Source of the DNA: an uncultured bacterium
GTDB taxonomy: Bacteria; Krumholzibacteriota; Krumholzibacteriia; LZORAL124-64-63
Assembly (NCBI GenBank): GCA_963732385.1
Contig: CAVSZB010000006.1
Location: 64,001-128,000, forward strand
Length of the DNA stretch: 64,000 nucleotides
Reading direction: 5' to 3'
Made by a program: the position numbers and the translations under genes. Positions 40,501-48,939 of this stretch are shown piece after piece. Each line of letters opens with the position of its first letter. Position 1 is the stretch's first letter. The notes beneath the pieces are model-generated. The model ran no database searches and had not been told where the DNA came from. It was given only the letters and a program-made list of their open reading frames with translations.

Positions 40501-40841
40501 CAGCCGCAAACGACGTCGTCGCCGGGGTGCCAGGTCAGCCGTCGCGGCTCGCCGCCGTCGACACCGATGACGTAGACGTCGGCGTTGCCGTCGTACTCGC
40601 CGGTGAACGCGATCAGCCGGCCGTCCGGCGAGAAGCGCGGATCGGTCTCGGCGCCGGGAAACGTGGTCAGGCGGCGCGCCTCGCCGCCGTCGCGCCCCAC
40701 GATCCAGATGTCGTCGGCGTGGACGAAGGCGACCTGCGTAGCGCTCACGTCGGGCTGGCGCAGCAGGCGCGCCTCCCCGGCGGCGGGCGGCGAGCCGGGA
40801 ACCAGGGCGAACGGCAGCAGGAACAAGAGCGCGCATCTCAT
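37548..40841 (-). CDS. Tricorn protease homolog (S41 family; beta-propellers plus PDZ)
   Basis: LLRQPDVS, PD40 repeats, IIDERFNHGG, AGSGGD catalytic motif, GTRTWGG. Confidence 0.95.
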   Translation of the reverse strand: MRCALLFLLPFALVPGSPPAAGEARLLRQPDVSATQVAFVHADDIWIVGRDGGEARRLTTFPGAETDPRFSPDGRLIAFTGEYDGNADVYVIGVDGGEPRRLTWHPGDDVVCGWTVDGRRVLFASGRDCVPRPEPKLWTVALEGGGLPEPLPIPRVSEGAYAPDGGRIAYRMVSPWETEWRNYRGGQAQPIRIVDLASLAVTKLPWEGSNDVSPAWLGDTVFFLSDRDFANNVWSYDTVTQELRQRTHFKEFDCKRLAAGAGRLVFENGGWLYALDAAGSEPRRLPVTLHGDFPWARPHWVDAAKLITDFALSPAGKRAVFEARGEIFTVPAEKGDARNLSADPGAADRAPAWSPDGRSVSWFSDAGGEYQLVIADQFGNGKRVIPIPDPTFFYTPRWSPDSRCLAFGDANRALWFVEVATGKLTRIDDEGFAPPDRFIAPAWSPDSRWLAYSRRLPNQFNAVFVHSLDSGRSTRITDGLSDALHPAWDASGKYLAFLASTDYGLNVGWLDMSSFNQPLNRSIYLAVLAKDEPSPLKPESDDEEPASDQAKDGKDGKKDAAKHDRKGDGNDGEDAKAAEPVRVRIDFDGLDQRIVALDVPARRFADLTAGEAGFLFYTEEVPNQEGLTLHRYDLKKREAKQLIEGVTGFRLSADGKKLLYSPDGKKYCLADASGEPKPGEGALNLAGLRLKVDPAAEWKQIFREAWRFQRDYFYVKNVHGLDLDWAWRAYAPWVDSVRHRADLTYLLDILGGETCIGHSFTGGGDEPEVEKVPVGLLGCDFEVANGRFRFRRIYAGENWNPQLRAPLSGPGIDAREGDYLLAVNGVELTSAVSVYSLFDRTADRQTVLTLNAKPEHKDARQVTVVPVASETALRQRAWIEGNRRRVDELSGGRLAYVWVPDTGEGGYTNFTRYYFAQQDKQGAIIDERFNHGGSIADYMVDVMGRRLLGFFSNPVGAQQPFTAPNAAIWGPKVMIINEMAGSGGDMLPYMFRKLGLGPLVGTRTWGGLVGIWDVPDLVDGGFMTAPRGGFYDTDGNWAVEGQGIPPDLEVEQTPQHAAAGRDAQLEAAVKAALDLLPTQEVKILPQPADPVRVKRPQ

Positions 40842-41103
40842 CGCATGACTCCTTCAGGGCGGAAGACCGACCGCGGACTCTGTCGGGGGAGGGAGCGTGG
40901 CGGGGCGCCATTCTGCCACGGCGCCTCGGAGCGTGCAACCACCTGCTTGGAGCCATCGGGCGTTGCCGCCGGCTGATTATTGGCGCGTCCGTTGAGGGTC
41001 CGCACAGGGGCGGAGGGACATGTGGGCAAACGCAGGCGTTATCGAGGCGGTGTGCGGGCTTGCCGCATTCCGATGGCGGGGGATGTCGGGCGCCGGCGCG
41101 TCG

Positions 41104-41556
41104 CTACCGCCTGACCCCGCCCAGTACCTCCGAGGCAAGGGCTTCAGCCGCGAGACCGGCCTTGATCTCCGCGGTGGCGGCGATGACGACGTAGACGCGG
41201 ATGTTGTTGCTGGCTTCGTCCACGGGCGACAGGAAGAAGCCGGCGCGGCCGGGCTGGTACGAGAGGGTGTGGCCGCAGAGGAACTCCTCGTCGGAAAAGC
41301 GGACGGCGATCTTCTTGCCCTGGGCGGTGGCGGCGGGGGCGTCGAGGAAGCCGCGGAGGTTGGCGCGGTCCGGGTTGCCCTGCAGATCCTTGACGAAGAA
41401 CAACGCCTTGAGCTGATCCGTGCGTACCTCGATCGACGAACTGCCGTCGGCCGGGATGAGGTGGAAGCTCGGGCGATTCGGGGCGAAGTCCTGGGTGGTC
41501 CCCTTCAGTAGCTTGCCGTTGGCGAAGCGCGCGACAACACGGATTGTTTCAGTCAT
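41104..41556 (-). CDS. Conserved hypothetical protein (DUF6982-like)
   Basis: VVARFANGKLLKGTTQDF, LKALFFVKD, GFFLSP, SNNIRVYV. Confidence 0.7.
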   Translation of the reverse strand: MTETIRVVARFANGKLLKGTTQDFAPNRPSFHLIPADGSSSIEVRTDQLKALFFVKDLQGNPDRANLRGFLDAPAATAQGKKIAVRFSDEEFLCGHTLSYQPGRAGFFLSPVDEASNNIRVYVVIAATAEIKAGLAAEALASEVLGGVRR

Positions 41557-41652
41557 TGTTACCTCCGGATTGATCGATAATTATCGAACGGAGGTCGGCC
41601 TGGTTGAGAACTATTCTCTTCAAAGATCAAGGTGGCGCCGGCGCGGCATCCG

Positions 41653-42174
41653 TCAGCCGCCCGCCCTCTCCCGCAACAACTCGAAGTACGTCCGGTCCAG
41701 CAGGTCCGCGCGCGCGATACCGAGGCGTTGCATGAGATCGCGCGCGATGGCGGCGCCTGCGGCGGCGGTCTGGTCCTCCCGCAGGACGACTTCCAGTTCC
41801 ATGAAGCTGCCGAGCCCTTCCACCTCGTCGAGGTGGATGCGGGTCTGGCCGGTCAGGTAGACCCGACGCCGTTTGCGCACCACGCCGAGCTTCGGGAGCG
41901 TCGCGGTCAGGATGCGCAGCAGCGCTCCCGGATCCGTGGTGGGCGCGAGCGTGTAGTCGGAGGGGCGCGGATCTGTCCCTTCGGCGCGGAAGTAGAGGAT
42001 GAGCTCGCCGCGGTCCGGCGCGAGGAGGCGCAGTTTCAGCCGGCCGCGTGGGGCGGCGAAGAAGGTGTCCTCCTGGATGAGGATCTCGGGGCCGGTCGCG
42101 CCGAGCATCGCCACTGCCCGCTCCAGCCGTGCGGGATCGGCCACCCGCGCCTTGATTTCGATGTTGGTCGGCAT
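41653..42174 (-). CDS. CYTH-domain protein (class IV adenylate cyclase-like)
   Basis: NIEIKAR, QEDTFF, RLKLR, VRKRR, HLDEVEGLGSFMELE. Confidence 0.9.
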   Translation of the reverse strand: MPTNIEIKARVADPARLERAVAMLGATGPEILIQEDTFFAAPRGRLKLRLLAPDRGELILYFRAEGTDPRPSDYTLAPTTDPGALLRILTATLPKLGVVRKRRRVYLTGQTRIHLDEVEGLGSFMELEVVLREDQTAAAGAAIARDLMQRLGIARADLLDRTYFELLRERAGG

Positions 42175-42270
42175 GGGCGACATTGTCCCACGCGTCGGGC
42201 GGCGGGCCAAGGGCTGACCCGTCATCGCGGCAGATGCGTGTCTGATGTGCAGCCGACCGTACGCGATGGA

Positions 42271-42546
42271 TCAGGCAGGACGATCGGGGCGATGCGCCGC
42301 CGCGGCGCGCCAGAGGCGGAGGCGGCCGCCGAGGAACTGGCCGGTGAAATAGGCCCCGACCATCACCGGAAAGGTGATCAGCCGGAAGCCCATGCCGGAG
42401 GCGAGGCGCAGCGCCACGACGAGCGGCACCGGCGCGTGCACGGCGAGAATCCACGGCCAGGTGAACTTGCGGCAGCCGGCGCGCCAGAAACCGAACGGCA
42501 GGTTCAGCAGCAATACCAGGGCGGCGACGATCCAGAGTGTCGGCAT
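42271..42546 (-). CDS. Small conserved membrane protein
   Basis: NLPFGFWRA, WILAVHAPVP; three hydrophobic segments. Confidence 0.7.
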   Translation of the reverse strand: MPTLWIVAALVLLLNLPFGFWRAGCRKFTWPWILAVHAPVPLVVALRLASGMGFRLITFPVMVGAYFTGQFLGGRLRLWRAAAAHRPDRPA

Positions 42547-42690
42547 GGGGTCTCCGGCGCGGTTACGAGGGCGGATCGTCTCTTTGGCGATGCCGACGAC
42601 AACGGTAGGGATTCAGGTGGATTTCCGCCAGCGGAATGATTGCCGTCGGGGCGGGGCTTCGCCGCTCGCGGCGGCCGGGTATCCCGTCCC

Positions 42691-43044
42691 CTAGCCGTTG
42701 AAGCCGAATTTCATGATCATGGATTCGAAGAGGGAGCGGGCCGCGGGCGACACGCCTTTCAGCCGGAAGCCGACCCCGAAGTATTCGGGATTCACGTCGC
42801 GTCGGCACCAGACGCTGCGCGCTTCGAGCACGACGTCCGTGTGGCCATCCAGCGCCGACGGCATCTCCATCCGCACGCGCCAATCGGCCTCGACCGGCAG
42901 CGGTTCGTGGTTGATGAGCTGCATCCCCTCCGCCGTGAGATCCACGAGGTGGCCGAGCAGACGGCCGCTGCGCGCGTCGAACACCTTCAGGTAGTAGTAG
43001 AGGTGACGACGGCGATGGCGGCGGGGGCTCGGCTCCTGGCGCAT
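42691..43044 (-). CDS. PilZ-domain protein
   Basis: RRHRR and DLTAEG c-di-GMP-binding motifs; VWCR...GFR. Confidence 0.85.
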   Translation of the reverse strand: MRQEPSPRRHRRRHLYYYLKVFDARSGRLLGHLVDLTAEGMQLINHEPLPVEADWRVRMEMPSALDGHTDVVLEARSVWCRRDVNPEYFGVGFRLKGVSPAARSLFESMIMKFGFNG

Positions 43045-43278
43045 CACGATTCCTCCGTGGCGAGGCGGCGACGAGGGGTGTTTCGGTCGGGGCGCCCAAC
43101 GGCGCGCGCATCCGGAAACGATCTCAGACATAGCTGATGATCGGCCGGCGGATCGCCCGACTTGAGGCGTTGCCGGCGGATTTCCGCGGCGATTTGCGAC
43201 CGGCGCGGCCTTGCCACCGCCGGCCGGCTGCGTCACACTCCCGGCGGTCGCGGCCTGCGGCCGCGGGGGAGAGCCGGC

Positions 43279-44046
43279 ATGGAACTGATCGACACCCATT
43301 GTCACCTGTACGACGAGCCGCTGGGGCGGGACCAGGAGGCGGTCCTGGGCCGGGCGCGCGCCGCGGGGGTGACGCGGGTGGTGGTGCCGGCCTGGAACCT
43401 GGCGTCGTGGCCCGCGACCCGGGCGCTGGCCGTCTGCGACGGCGTGCATGTGGCGCTCGGCCTGCACCCCTGGGCGGCTCACGAGCCGCTCGACCCGGCG
43501 CGTCTGCGCGAGGAGTTGCAGGCCTGCGGCGCGGTGGCGGTGGGGGAGATCGGGCTCGATGCGCTGATCGACGGCGCCGATCTGCCGGCCCAGGCGCGGG
43601 TGCTGTCGGCCCAGCTGCGGCTGGCGATCGATCTGCGGCTGCCGGTGCTGCTGCACTGCCGCGGCGCGTTCGAGGAGTTGATCAAGGTGTTGCGCGACCA
43701 CGGATTCGGGGCCGGGGCCGACGGGCCGCGCGGCGTCCTGCACGCCTTCGCGCGGGGCCCGGAGCTGGCGGGGCGATTCCTCGAGCTCGGCCTGCATCTG
43801 GCGTTCGGCGGCGCGGTGACCCGCCCCGGCAGCCGCGCGCGGCGCAGCGCCGTCACGACTCCGCTCGCGCGCATGGTCCTGGAGACCGACGCGCCGGCGA
43901 TCGGTCTGCAGGACGTCGAACCGGCGCAGGTCGAGCCGCGCCATGTCCGCGAGGTGGCCGCGGCGCTGGCGGAATTGCGCGGCGAGCCGCCCGAGCGCAT
44001 CGCGGAGGTGACAACCGCCAATGCCCGCGCCCTCTTCGGAATCTGA
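43279..44046 (+). CDS. TatD family nuclease
   Basis: IDTHCHL, GLHP, VGEIGLD, LHCR, VLHAF, LETDAP. Confidence 0.95.
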   Translation: MELIDTHCHLYDEPLGRDQEAVLGRARAAGVTRVVVPAWNLASWPATRALAVCDGVHVALGLHPWAAHEPLDPARLREELQACGAVAVGEIGLDALIDGADLPAQARVLSAQLRLAIDLRLPVLLHCRGAFEELIKVLRDHGFGAGADGPRGVLHAFARGPELAGRFLELGLHLAFGGAVTRPGSRARRSAVTTPLARMVLETDAPAIGLQDVEPAQVEPRHVREVAAALAELRGEPPERIAEVTTANARALFGI

Positions 44047-44854
44047 CGACCGGCACGCCGGCGACGCCGGCAAGGCCGGCGAAGCTGGCGGCGTCGGAGC
44101 GGCCGGTCGCTTCACGCGTCTCGTCGACTACTACGGCGCCGCCGGCTTCGCCCGGGTGCGCGCCGCGCGCGTCGTGGTGATCGGACTCGGCGGCGTGGGG
44201 GCGCACGCGGCCGTGGCCCTGGCGCGCAGCGGCGTCGGACGGCTCGTGCTGGTGGACCACGACAGTGTCACCGTCTCCTCGCTCAACCGCAGCCCCGTCG
44301 CCACTCTGGAGGACGTCGGACGCCCGAAGGTGGAGGTGCTCGCCGGTCACCTGGCGCGGACCTGTCCCGACACCGCCGTCGAGACGCGCATCGAGTTCTG
44401 CCACGTCGACACTCTGGTGGCGCTGCTCACGCCGGTCCCCGCGGTTGTTGTCGATGCGATCGACGGCCTGACGCCGAAACTGGCGCTGCTGGTGCATTGT
44501 GTGACCGGCGGTCTGCCGGTCGTGTCGAGCATGGGCGCGTCGTCGCGACGCCTGACGGTCGGGCTGCGGATCGGCGACATTGCCGAGTCACGCACCTGCC
44601 CGCTGGCGCGCCGGGTGCGGCAGAGACTGCGGCGTCAGGGCATCGCGTCGGGCATCATGTGCGTCTGGTCGGAGGAACCGTCCGGGGGGGCGTTGCCGCC
44701 CGATCTCGGCGATCGCCTGTACGACCGCGGGCGCGTGCGCAATCGCCTGCCGAGCCAGATCAGCCTGCCCGGCATGTTCGGCTACGCCCTGGCGGCGCTG
44801 GCGTTGGAGCGGATCGCCGGGACCGACGGCGGCGCGGGCGGCACGGGGCCGTGA
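44021..44854 (+). CDS. tcdA: tRNA threonylcarbamoyladenosine dehydratase (ThiF family)
   Basis: GLGGVG, LARSGVG, SSLNR, VVDAID, SSMGA, CPLARRVR. Confidence 0.85.
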   Translation: MPAPSSESDDRHAGDAGKAGEAGGVGAAGRFTRLVDYYGAAGFARVRAARVVVIGLGGVGAHAAVALARSGVGRLVLVDHDSVTVSSLNRSPVATLEDVGRPKVEVLAGHLARTCPDTAVETRIEFCHVDTLVALLTPVPAVVVDAIDGLTPKLALLVHCVTGGLPVVSSMGASSRRLTVGLRIGDIAESRTCPLARRVRQRLRRQGIASGIMCVWSEEPSGGALPPDLGDRLYDRGRVRNRLPSQISLPGMFGYALAALALERIAGTDGGAGGTGP

Positions 44855-44961
44855 GGTGGGGGGTGCGCGGCCACAATTGCAGTGTCCGCCGCCGTGGCCG
44901 CAGCCCTCGCGATGGTGCTAGAATGTATGGCAACCCTTCCCGCTTTCACCGGAGGTTCGCC

Positions 44962-45846
44962 ATGTCCCGCCGGCTCTGCCGCGCCCGCTCCGCCGCCACC
45001 GCCCCTGTCCGTCGCCTCACGGCTGCCGCGGTCGTCGCGCTGCTGGCCACCCTCGGCCTGGCCGGGCCGGGGCTGGCGCAACGGGCGCCGAACAGTCTGT
45101 TCCGTCACGTGGCCGTGCCCGCCGGAGCGTTCACGCTGCTGGTGCCCGACGGATGGGTGATGGAGACCGACTCGACGGGGAACATCGCCCTGCGCGTGCG
45201 TTCGGCCGACGGCCGGGTCGCCCTGGTCCACTATCGGGACCGGGCGGGCGATCTCGCGGGGGGGCCGGCCCCGGTCGCGCGGCGACTGCTGGCCGACGTC
45301 GTGGCCCGGGACGCGCACCCCGGGGCGCGTAATCTGCATCTGGCCGACGCCCGGGCGCTGCCCGAGCTGGCCCGCGCCTGGGAGCGTCGCCTTGCTCAGG
45401 CGCGCGCGGGCGCCGGGGTGACGGGCGAGGGGGCGGTTATCGACCTGGAGTTCCAGGAGGACGAGCGGCTCTGCCGCGAGCGGCTCGTGGGGGTTGTCGA
45501 GAGCGGTCCGGACGGCTGGGCCGCGCGCGCGCTCTGGGGGGCGCGGGCGCCGGCCGAAGAGTTCGCGCAGTGGGAACCGCTGCTGAGCTTCGTGCTCGCC
45601 TCGGTCGCGCCGGCGCAGGCCGGTGGGGCCGATCTGGCCCGCAACGCGCTGGGGCTGGATCTGCCCGGGGAATCGCTCTGGCGGAACCCGCTCACCGGCG
45701 GGCTCGATGTCGGCTCGTTCCATTTCGGGCGTTACCGCTGGGTCAGCCCGGACGGGGACGTCGTCTACTCGTTCAACGAGACCTTCACGCCCAACAGTGC
45801 GCGGCTGCTCGGTCGCGACGACTGGCAGAAGAGCCTGCCGAAGTAG
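44962..45846 (+). CDS. Hypothetical secreted protein
   Basis: GGAGG SD; signal peptide; AFTLLVPDGW. Confidence 0.6.
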   Translation: MSRRLCRARSAATAPVRRLTAAAVVALLATLGLAGPGLAQRAPNSLFRHVAVPAGAFTLLVPDGWVMETDSTGNIALRVRSADGRVALVHYRDRAGDLAGGPAPVARRLLADVVARDAHPGARNLHLADARALPELARAWERRLAQARAGAGVTGEGAVIDLEFQEDERLCRERLVGVVESGPDGWAARALWGARAPAEEFAQWEPLLSFVLASVAPAQAGGADLARNALGLDLPGESLWRNPLTGGLDVGSFHFGRYRWVSPDGDVVYSFNETFTPNSARLLGRDDWQKSLPK

Positions 45847-45879
45847 GGGGCGGGCGGGCCGCGGCGCCGGCGGTCAGCC

Positions 45880-46221
45880 CTAGAGCCGGATCACCCGCGC
45901 GGCGGCGTGCTGCAGCGCCAGGATTTCGGCCATGTTCGACGGCCGTCCGACGGCGAGGGTCTCGCGCAGCCCGAACCAGTCGAGACAGGTTCCGCAGCAG
46001 ACGAGGTCCGTTCCGCGCGCCGCCAGCTCCCGCAGATCCCGCAGCGCCTTCGCCTCGGGCGCGCACAACTTCACGCCGGCATTCATGAACAGGACGCTCG
46101 TCGGCGGCGGGTCGAGCCGGCTCAGCGCGCCGACGGCCGCGAGCAGGAGCGCGGCGCCCAGCTCAGCGTCGCCGGTGCCGAGGCGGTCGGAGGCGATGAA
46201 AACAACGGTTCCGTTCGACAA
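45880..46221 (-). CDS. DsrE/YedF-like sulfur/selenium relay protein
   Basis: LGTGDAELG, FMNAGVKL, CCGTCLDWF, VGRPSNM. Confidence 0.85.
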   Translation of the reverse strand: MSNGTVVFIASDRLGTGDAELGAALLLAAVGALSRLDPPPTSVLFMNAGVKLCAPEAKALRDLRELAARGTDLVCCGTCLDWFGLRETLAVGRPSNMAEILALQHAAARVIRL

Positions 46222-46423
46222 GGCGATTCCTCCCAGGTAAGCCGCTCACGGTAACACGGATCCCGGCGCGGCGCCGCTGCGCCGTGCGCTGGCGCCCTGC
46301 TGTCGCGCCGCGCTGCGACGTTCCGGAGGGGCGTCCGCCGTGCTAGACTACCGCGCCCGAACGCGGCGCCCGCCGGGGCCGCCGCCGCCGCGACCCGCGC
46401 CCGCTGCCCGACGAGGAGATGTC

Positions 46424-47407
46424 ATGCCTGCTTCGCCTGTCCGCACTTCCGCCGCCCGACTCGCCGTGATCCTGCTCGTCCTGCTCCACCTAGCCGCGGG
46501 TTGCGGTCGCGGCAAGGCTCCGGAGGAGGGCGGCGCCGGCAAGCCCGTTCCGGTCATCGGGGTGTCGCTGCTGACGCGCACGCATCCGTTCTATCAGGAA
46601 CTCGAGGCGGGCCTGCGCGCCGCGGCCGACGAGCGGGGTTATCAGCTGCTCGTGCAGGCGGGCGAGTTCGACGTCGCGAAGCAGAAGGACCAGGTGGCCG
46701 ACTTCCTGGTGCGCAAGGTGGCGGCGATCGTGGTCTGCCCGTGCGACTCGCGGTCGATCGGCACTTCGATCAAGGCGGCCAACGATGCCGGGGTGCCGGT
46801 CTTCACGGCCGACATCGCGGTGCTCGATCCGTCGGTGAAGGTGGTCTGCCACGTGGCGTCGGACAACGAGGCGGGCGGTCGTCTCGCCGCGCGCGCGGTG
46901 GTGCGCGCGCTCGATGGGCAGGGATCGGTGGCGATCATCGACCATCCCGAGGTGGAGTCGGTCATCCAGCGGGTGCGGGGCTTCGAGGCGGAGCTCGCCG
47001 CCACGCCCGGCGTGCGGGTGGTGGCGAAGCTGTCGGGGCGCGGCGTGAAGGACGGGGCGTTTCGTACGGCCGAGGACATCCTGCAGTCGCACCGCGACCT
47101 CGGCGCCATCTTCGGCATCAACGACGACTCGGCGCTCGGGGCGCTTGCCGCGGCGGAGAAGGCGGGCCGGCAGGGGCGCGTGGTCATCGTCGGCTTCGAC
47201 GCGATCCCCGAGGCCCGGCGCGCCATCGCCGATGGCAGGATCTTCGCCGACGTCGTGCAGCAGCCACGCCTGATCGGGCGCCAGACCGTCGAAGCGATCG
47301 CCAGCTATCTTGCCGGCGAAACCGTGCCGGCGCAGATGCTCATCCCCTGCTCGCTCTTCACGCAGGAGGATGCGCGACGCGAGACCGTGGGCGGCGCGGC
47401 GCGATGA
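46424..47407 (+). CDS. Sugar ABC transporter substrate-binding lipoprotein (RbsB-like)
   Basis: Lipobox LAAGC, HPFY, SDN, INDDSALGA, VGFD. Confidence 0.9.
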   Translation: MPASPVRTSAARLAVILLVLLHLAAGCGRGKAPEEGGAGKPVPVIGVSLLTRTHPFYQELEAGLRAAADERGYQLLVQAGEFDVAKQKDQVADFLVRKVAAIVVCPCDSRSIGTSIKAANDAGVPVFTADIAVLDPSVKVVCHVASDNEAGGRLAARAVVRALDGQGSVAIIDHPEVESVIQRVRGFEAELAATPGVRVVAKLSGRGVKDGAFRTAEDILQSHRDLGAIFGINDDSALGALAAAEKAGRQGRVVIVGFDAIPEARRAIADGRIFADVVQQPRLIGRQTVEAIASYLAGETVPAQMLIPCSLFTQEDARRETVGGAAR

Positions 47408-48939
47408 CCGTGCTCGCCGGGACGACCGTGCTGCGTCTGTCGGGGCTGGAGAAGGCTTTTCCCGGCGTGCAGGCGCTGCGCGAGGCGTCGTTCGACGTGC
47501 GGGCCGGCGAGGTGCACGCCCTCGTGGGGGAGAACGGCGCCGGCAAAAGCACGCTGCTCAAAATCGTCACCGGGGCGCACCCGGCCGATCGCGGGCTGGT
47601 CGAGCTGGACGGCGTGGCGCGGCGTTTCACCGGCCCGCGCGACGCGCGCCGCCGCGGCGTGGCGGCCATCTACCAGGAACTGAGCCTTGTGCCGGCCCTG
47701 AGCGTCCGCGCCAATCTCTGCCTCGGCGTCGAGCCGCGACGCGGGCCGTGGCTGGACGAGGCGACCGAACGGCGGGAGGCGGTCGCGGCTCTGGACCGGG
47801 TCGGCGCGGCGTGCGATCCGGAGGCGCCGGTGCGCGACCTGTCGGTGGCCGCGCAGCAACTGGTCGAGATCGCGCGCGCCCTGCGCACCGATGTCCGCCT
47901 GCTCCTTCTCGACGAGCCGACCGCCGCGCTCACGCCGCGCGAGTCGGAGCGACTGCTGGCGCTGCTCGGCGAGCTGCGCACCCGCGGGCTGGCCATCCTG
48001 TTCGTGAGCCACCGGCTCGACGAGGTGCTGCGCATCGCCGACCGCGTCACGGTCATGCGCGATGGCGCCACGCTCGGCACCTGGACCGCCGGCGAGCTTA
48101 CGCGCCAGACGCTGATCGAGCGGATGGTGGGCCGCCCGCTCGGTCGGGAATACCCGAAGGTGGCGGCCGCTGTGGCCGCGCCCCGGCTCGAGGTGCGCGG
48201 CCTGCGGGGCGGCGCGGTGCGGGACGTGTCGTTCACCGTGCGCGCGGGCGAGGTGCTGGGGATCGCCGGGCTGGCCGGCGCGGGGCGGACCGGGACGGCG
48301 CGCCTGATCTTCGGCGCGGACCCCCGCGCCGGGGGGACGATCCTGGTCGACAGCCGTCCGGTCGATATCCGCTCCCCGCGCGACGCGGTGCGTCACGGCA
48401 TCTGCCTGCTGACCGAGGACCGCAAGGGACAGGGGCTGGTGCTCGGATTGTCGGCCCGCGACAACTTCGCGCTGCCGAACCTCGCCCGCTGGTCGCGCCA
48501 CGGCTGGATCGACGGCGCGCGTGAGACGGCGGCCTTCCGGCGCCATGTCGAGGCGCTGAACATCCGGATCGCCTCGCCGCGCCAGCGGGCCGGCGAGCTG
48601 TCGGGCGGCAACCAGCAGAAGCTGCTGGTGGCGCGCTGGCTCGAGAGCGACTCGCGCGTGCTGATCTTCGACGAGCCGACCCGCGGCATCGACGTCGGCG
48701 CGCGTCACGAAATGTACCTGCTGATCAACGCGCTCGCCGCGCGCGGCAAGGCGATCGTGATGATCTCGTCCGACCTGCCCGAGGTGCTCGGCATGAGCGA
48801 CCGCATCGTCGTCATGCACGCGGGGCGGATCGCCGGCGAGATCTCCGCGGCGTCCGAAGCGACGCAGGAGCGGGTCATGGAGCTGGCGGTGGGAGGGGAC
48901 GCGGCGGGGCCGCGGCCCGGAGGGGAGCGGCTGAATTGA
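47404..48939 (+). CDS. Sugar ABC transporter ATP-binding protein (RbsA-like, two NBDs)
   Basis: GENGAGKST, LLDEPT, LSGGNQQK, DEPTRGIDVGA. Confidence 0.95.
   Translation: MTVLAGTTVLRLSGLEKAFPGVQALREASFDVRAGEVHALVGENGAGKSTLLKIVTGAHPADRGLVELDGVARRFTGPRDARRRGVAAIYQELSLVPALSVRANLCLGVEPRRGPWLDEATERREAVAALDRVGAACDPEAPVRDLSVAAQQLVEIARALRTDVRLLLLDEPTAALTPRESERLLALLGELRTRGLAILFVSHRLDEVLRIADRVTVMRDGATLGTWTAGELTRQTLIERMVGRPLGREYPKVAAAVAAPRLEVRGLRGGAVRDVSFTVRAGEVLGIAGLAGAGRTGTARLIFGADPRAGGTILVDSRPVDIRSPRDAVRHGICLLTEDRKGQGLVLGLSARDNFALPNLARWSRHGWIDGARETAAFRRHVEALNIRIASPRQRAGELSGGNQQKLLVARWLESDSRVLIFDEPTRGIDVGARHEMYLLINALAARGKAIVMISSDLPEVLGMSDRIVVMHAGRIAGEISAASEATQERVMELAVGGDAAGPRPGGERLN

Noticed and set aside
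37548..40841. Tricorn protease as the RiPP leader peptidase
   Set aside because: It lies outside the yyaL-duplication boundary and is a general degradative protease; adjacency is the only evidence
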